Assembly: GCA_001785615.1 (NCBI GenBank)
Contig: MFUG01000017.1
Coordinates: forward strand, 1 to 40,379
Direction of reading: 5' to 3'
DNA from: Candidatus Nomurabacteria bacterium RIFCSPHIGHO2_02_FULL_42_19
Lineage (GTDB): Bacteria > Patescibacteriota > Minisyncoccia > Phycocordibacterales > UBA9973
DNA: 40,379 nt
Made by a program: the position numbers and the translations under genes. Below the pieces are notes generated by a model. It was not told the origin of the DNA, did no database searches, and saw only the letters and a list, made by a program, of their open reading frames with translations. The first letter of the stretch is position 1; every line of letters begins with the position of its first letter. This document shows positions 36,334-40,379 of this stretch, one piece after another.

Positions 36334-39192
36334 TTATGTAAAAATTTCCGCCATTTTGCAATACTCGCATTCTGTGTTTTTGCCATATGAATTATAATTG
36401 CAGGGGCGCGATACCCACTCCCCGCTTTTTACTAATTCATCATAATCCATAATATCTTTAACCAGCAGCTTAATTTCTTCTGGAGTTATGGTTCTGTCGT
36501 AGATTGTCTCTTTCTCGTTTTTCGCTTCCAGGAACTCCAGCCGGCTCTCGCGCACATCAACCTTGGACTTGGAATTATTTTCCAACAAATAAGAATACAT
36601 CGCAAGCTGACGCAAATAACTACTCATCCTGCTTTCTTCGTCAATTTTCTCTATATCGCTCTTTTTCCTAACACTTCCGGTTTTAAAATCAGTCACCCGC
36701 AACTCATTGGCAGATAAATATTCCACTAGATCAATCTTACCGTAAATATTTAGGTGTGGGAATTTACTATCCTTCACTGAAACACTCTTTTCATTCTCAC
36801 GCTTCTCCGCTATATCTTTGAGTCGGCGCTTTGCCCAGTTTGAAACTATCCTCCCTACTTCAGCGTCTTTCGGTAAAATCACTTTTTTTAATTTTAAGAT
36901 CTTGTCTATGGCCTCGTGCACCGCACCTCCAAACTTCAAGCTCTCACTTTTCGCTTCCGGCAACTGAAGCAAATTTCTGAAATACCATTTCCAGGGACAT
37001 TCAAAAAAATTATTGAGGAGTGAGACAGAAATATATCTATCTTTATATTTCTCCTTTACAAGTTTGGCGAGCTCTGGCATTTTGGAGTTTTTTACTTTTC
37101 CGACTTTTTTATCCATATGTCCCACCTTCCGTTTCTCAAGGACTTCGGGTGGTAAATCCGCTATAGCTCGCGCGAGTTCTTGCTCGGATTCGCGGGAAGA
37201 GAAGCGCGCATAGGAGAGTGTGCAGAACCTCTTGGCGCGAGTTATGGCTACATAGAGTTTGCGCTTTACGGCATCTATATCCCGCTCCAGAACCTTCCCG
37301 GCAATTGCCTCCGGCAGAACAAAAGCCATCTTTTTACCAGAGTTAAGAGAGCGCTCATCCATGTGGGCAATCCATACATAATCAAATTCCAACCCCTTCG
37401 AAGAGTGGAGAGTCAGGACTTTTACTCCTTTCTTCTCGCCCATAACAAGTGGTATCTGTTCGCCATATGATTTTAAGCGATCCAGAAACGAAACAAGCCC
37501 CGTAAGAGTAAACTCTTTATTTTTCTCTACTTCTTTTGCCGTTAAAGCAAGTATGGTGTCAACAATTTCCTTCCCAGAAACTAATTTATCGCTATTTTTT
37601 TCATCCGAGAATAGTTCTTTACCGACGATTTGGATAAGTTCCAATACACTATTATCTTGAGCGTCCTTACACCATTTAGAAAGCTTCCCGATCCATTTCT
37701 CTGCGGCATTACCATCGCCCCAAAGTTTTTGCGCTTTACCACCTGTTATGGTATCGAGAGAAAATTCACGCATATTCTGGCTCGCAAGATATGTATGCGC
37801 TTTGAGTGGAGCAATGCCTGCGAGTTCATCAAAAAAGGAATGCGCCAGAGAAGGTGTGTCCTTCGGGTCGCTAATTATTTTCAAGACCCGTAGAAATGCT
37901 TGCGCTTCTTCTTGATCAAAAAGATTTAAGGCATCAAGCGATGATACAGTTAGGCCTTCTTCGTGTAATATTTTTAACGCATTGCGTACTTGGGCATTTT
38001 TGGGAACTAAAATCGCGCAAGCATTCGGTTTAACTCCTTTTTTTATTTTCTCTTTTATGTCAATTGCAGCGACAACGATCTCATCATTCGGATACTCTGC
38101 CTCAAGAAGCGTTATGGGGTAATGTTCCTTGCTTTGACTTATCAATTTTTCATCAGTCATAGTACTTTTAAGAAGTGCGTGTGAGGCATCGAGAATCACT
38201 TGGGTTGAGCGGTAATTATCCACTAAAGTTATTAGTTTAGAGTCCTTGAAAGTTTTTTTAAAACCTTGAAAGTGATCAATGGAAGCGCCGCTAAAACCAT
38301 AGATGAGCTGCCGGTCATCGCCAACCACAAAAATATTCGGGCCCTCCACGCCACCCCAGACATTCTGTAAAAATTCATTTTGCACTCTACTTGAGTCCTG
38401 ATGTTCGTCCACTAAAACATATAAATACTTTTCTCGTAGGTCCGATACTGCGTCGGTGGATGTTTCTACTATACGCACTAGATTCTCCAGCACATCGTCA
38501 TAGTCCAGCACATTTCTGCTCTTCTTTTCTTCCTCATATAGGTCGAAGAACTTGGCTACCTCTCGGTTACGCTTCAGCCCTTCGACTTTAGTTAATACTT
38601 CTTTTTTAAATTTTCCTTTACTTTCCCCCCTACTGGAAATATTTTCCGGGTCATTCTCTGTGGATTTTATATCACGCTCGACTTCTGATAAAAAATATTT
38701 AGAGGTAATACGTTCACGCTTAAGAAGCGAGATAAGTGTTCGCAGGTCCGAGAAATATCTGGACCGGTCTGCGCGTGGCCGTAAATATTCCCAATCATTA
38801 CTACGGAGCAAATCGTCAAGAAGTATCGCTGTATCAGCGTCATCTAAAAGTGCGGGTGGAGTAGAGAGTCCTAGTTCCTTGTAATATTCCTCAATAATTT
38901 TCATGCCAAAACTATGGAAGGTAAAAATATTTACTTTTTCTCCGGCCTCACCTATGTATTGTACGAGGCGCCCTTTCATGGCCTCCACCGCAGAGTTAGT
39001 GAAGGTGAGCCCTAGCACTCCATCCGCCTTAATATCCGTCTTTTTTAAGATGTTCGCGATGCGGAGCGCCAAAATCTGGGTCTTGCCCGTACCCGGACCC
39101 GCCACCACCATTACTGGCCCATCTATAGTGTCAACCGCTTCTTTCTGCGCTTTGTTTAATTTTTTGTACTCTTCGTTGAATCCAACTTCCAT
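36334..39192 (-). CDS. UvrD/PcrA-family helicase with C-terminal PD-(D/E)XK nuclease
   Basis: AGPGTGKT, DEHQD, VGDDRQ, NYRS, TLHSSKGLEF, YVAITRA; GKID..DFKTG, QLAMY. Confidence 0.92.
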   Translation of the reverse strand: MEVGFNEEYKKLNKAQKEAVDTIDGPVMVVAGPGTGKTQILALRIANILKKTDIKADGVLGLTFTNSAVEAMKGRLVQYIGEAGEKVNIFTFHSFGMKIIEEYYKELGLSTPPALLDDADTAILLDDLLRSNDWEYLRPRADRSRYFSDLRTLISLLKRERITSKYFLSEVERDIKSTENDPENISSRGESKGKFKKEVLTKVEGLKRNREVAKFFDLYEEEKKSRNVLDYDDVLENLVRIVETSTDAVSDLREKYLYVLVDEHQDSSRVQNEFLQNVWGGVEGPNIFVVGDDRQLIYGFSGASIDHFQGFKKTFKDSKLITLVDNYRSTQVILDASHALLKSTMTDEKLISQSKEHYPITLLEAEYPNDEIVVAAIDIKEKIKKGVKPNACAILVPKNAQVRNALKILHEEGLTVSSLDALNLFDQEEAQAFLRVLKIISDPKDTPSLAHSFFDELAGIAPLKAHTYLASQNMREFSLDTITGGKAQKLWGDGNAAEKWIGKLSKWCKDAQDNSVLELIQIVGKELFSDEKNSDKLVSGKEIVDTILALTAKEVEKNKEFTLTGLVSFLDRLKSYGEQIPLVMGEKKGVKVLTLHSSKGLEFDYVWIAHMDERSLNSGKKMAFVLPEAIAGKVLERDIDAVKRKLYVAITRAKRFCTLSYARFSSRESEQELARAIADLPPEVLEKRKVGHMDKKVGKVKNSKMPELAKLVKEKYKDRYISVSLLNNFFECPWKWYFRNLLQLPEAKSESLKFGGAVHEAIDKILKLKKVILPKDAEVGRIVSNWAKRRLKDIAEKRENEKSVSVKDSKFPHLNIYGKIDLVEYLSANELRVTDFKTGSVRKKSDIEKIDEESRMSSYLRQLAMYSYLLENNSKSKVDVRESRLEFLEAKNEKETIYDRTITPEEIKLLVKDIMDYDELVKSGEWVSRPCNYNSYGKNTECEYCKMAEIFT

Positions 39193-39197
39193 AAATT

Positions 39198-40112
39198 TTA
39201 TTGGAAATTAAGCGCCACTTTTGATTTCCAGAAGAAAAAACCGATAATCAAAAAAGTGGCAAGTGGAGAGAGATATTCCGGTATATTCCAACCAAAACTG
39301 TGCAAAATCATAATGACGCCTAAGACCAAAATGGAATACATCGCGCCATTTTTCAGATAAACATATCTTTTAATCCGCTCAATGTTGCGGATTGTTAGCT
39401 CTCTGACTAAAAACGCGCCCAAGCCGTTGCCAAGCAAAATAAGCGGCACGGAGAGAGTAAAAGCAAAAGCGCCGAGTACGCCATCAATGGAGAAAGTGGT
39501 GTCAATTATTTCCAAAAAGAAAAGTTTGCTTAAATCTGAGTGCGTGCTACCGAGAAGTTTCCTTTCCTGTTCTTCGGCATTTTGTTTGAAACCGTGGGTG
39601 ATGAAAAACAAACTAGACCCGACTACCGCGCCGAAACCCATAAGGTTGTTCACCCCTAAGGCAAACCAGGCAATAACTGAAAGTAAAACGGAGACCACGG
39701 CATAAAACCAGACGCCACGCGCCATAAAAAACTTTTCCGTTCTCGGCAGACCAAGTTTCTTCTCTTCCAGGAAAAGCCAATGCAAAAAAAGAAAAAGTAA
39801 AAATACTCCACCGGCTACAAGCAGGATGGGAGCGGATTTTTCTATAGATTCTAAGACAATCGGATCGCTGGACCAAGCAGCGGAAAAAATTTGAAACGGG
39901 GAAAGGGATGGGTTAAAAGTCCAGATTATTCCAAAAGGAAGAAGCCCCCGCACTAGAAAGACCGCAATAAACATGCCCCAGGTTAGGAACCAGCGCCGGG
40001 CGCGGGCCCCCATGGTGTTTAGGACTTCGGCATTGATAATGGCGTTATCAACAGACGAAACTGCCTCAAAAAGCGAAAGGCCGAGGACTGTAATGATGGC
40101 ACTCCAGAGCAT
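39198..40112 (-). CDS. DUF475 (TerC-related) integral membrane protein
   Basis: EAVSSVDNAIINA, LEIIDTTFSIDGVLGAFA, YLKNGAMYS. Confidence 0.88.
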   Translation of the reverse strand: MLWSAIITVLGLSLFEAVSSVDNAIINAEVLNTMGARARRWFLTWGMFIAVFLVRGLLPFGIIWTFNPSLSPFQIFSAAWSSDPIVLESIEKSAPILLVAGGVFLLFLFLHWLFLEEKKLGLPRTEKFFMARGVWFYAVVSVLLSVIAWFALGVNNLMGFGAVVGSSLFFITHGFKQNAEEQERKLLGSTHSDLSKLFFLEIIDTTFSIDGVLGAFAFTLSVPLILLGNGLGAFLVRELTIRNIERIKRYVYLKNGAMYSILVLGVIMILHSFGWNIPEYLSPLATFLIIGFFFWKSKVALNFQ

Positions 40113-40165
40113 TATTGTATTTTACTCTACTTGTTCGTACTTTCCAATTAAATTCTTCTGATGCT

Positions 40166-40379
40166 TTATCTCCACAAGGCAAAAACAAGAGTCATTAAAA
40201 ATAGGGCGACTAATTGCTCGGCGGCGTTTAGTAAAAATAGTTTGAAGGGCTTACCTTCCCAAATGAAACTGCCGGCAGTGGTGGTAGCAAAAAAGCCGAG
40301 CCAAAGCCAAAAGGCCAATTCCCAAGCCCGGCCGACATCCGTTACTCCCTCGAACACTACGAAATGCCCTAAAACATAA
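40166..40379 (-). CDS. DUF1761-like membrane protein (partial, runs off the window)
   Basis: AFWLWLGF...IWEGKPFKLFLLNA. Confidence 0.7.
   Translation of the reverse strand, partial: YVLGHFVVFEGVTDVGRAWELAFWLWLGFFATTTAGSFIWEGKPFKLFLLNAAEQLVALFLMTLVFALWR

Overview
A 40.4-kb stretch of a bacterial chromosome in genetic code 11. Gene content, AT-rich SD-less starts and REP-like palindromes suggest Patescibacteria/CPR, probably Parcubacteria (Nomurabacteria-like); this is inference, not a database result. The backbone is housekeeping: tRNA-Thr(UGU), rpoB-rpoC, dnaG-rpoD, rpsP-khpA-trmD, rnr, rpmF-nusB-rnc-smc, thrS, gyrB, a one-chain PheRS and a UvrD-nuclease. Many single-gene inserts sit between the core genes. 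Main observations: (1) three unlinked PaaX-C/Cas2-like genes, each bracketed on both sides by its own variant of a 36-bp palindrome with a shared 8-6-(GC-N4-GC)-6-8 layout, plus a TrpR-like gene bracketed the same way by a different palindrome; (2) an RTX-repeat gene inside nested inverted repeats right after the tRNA; (3) a hingeless SMC with a Rad50-type CxxC at its apex; (4) a NYN RNase with a candidate antisense sRNA; (5) several REP-like hairpin families inserted in frame in core genes; (6) an orphan gene between exact 52-bp terminator-like repeats. No CRISPR array, cas1, integrase or transposase was seen. All product calls come from motif recognition by eye.
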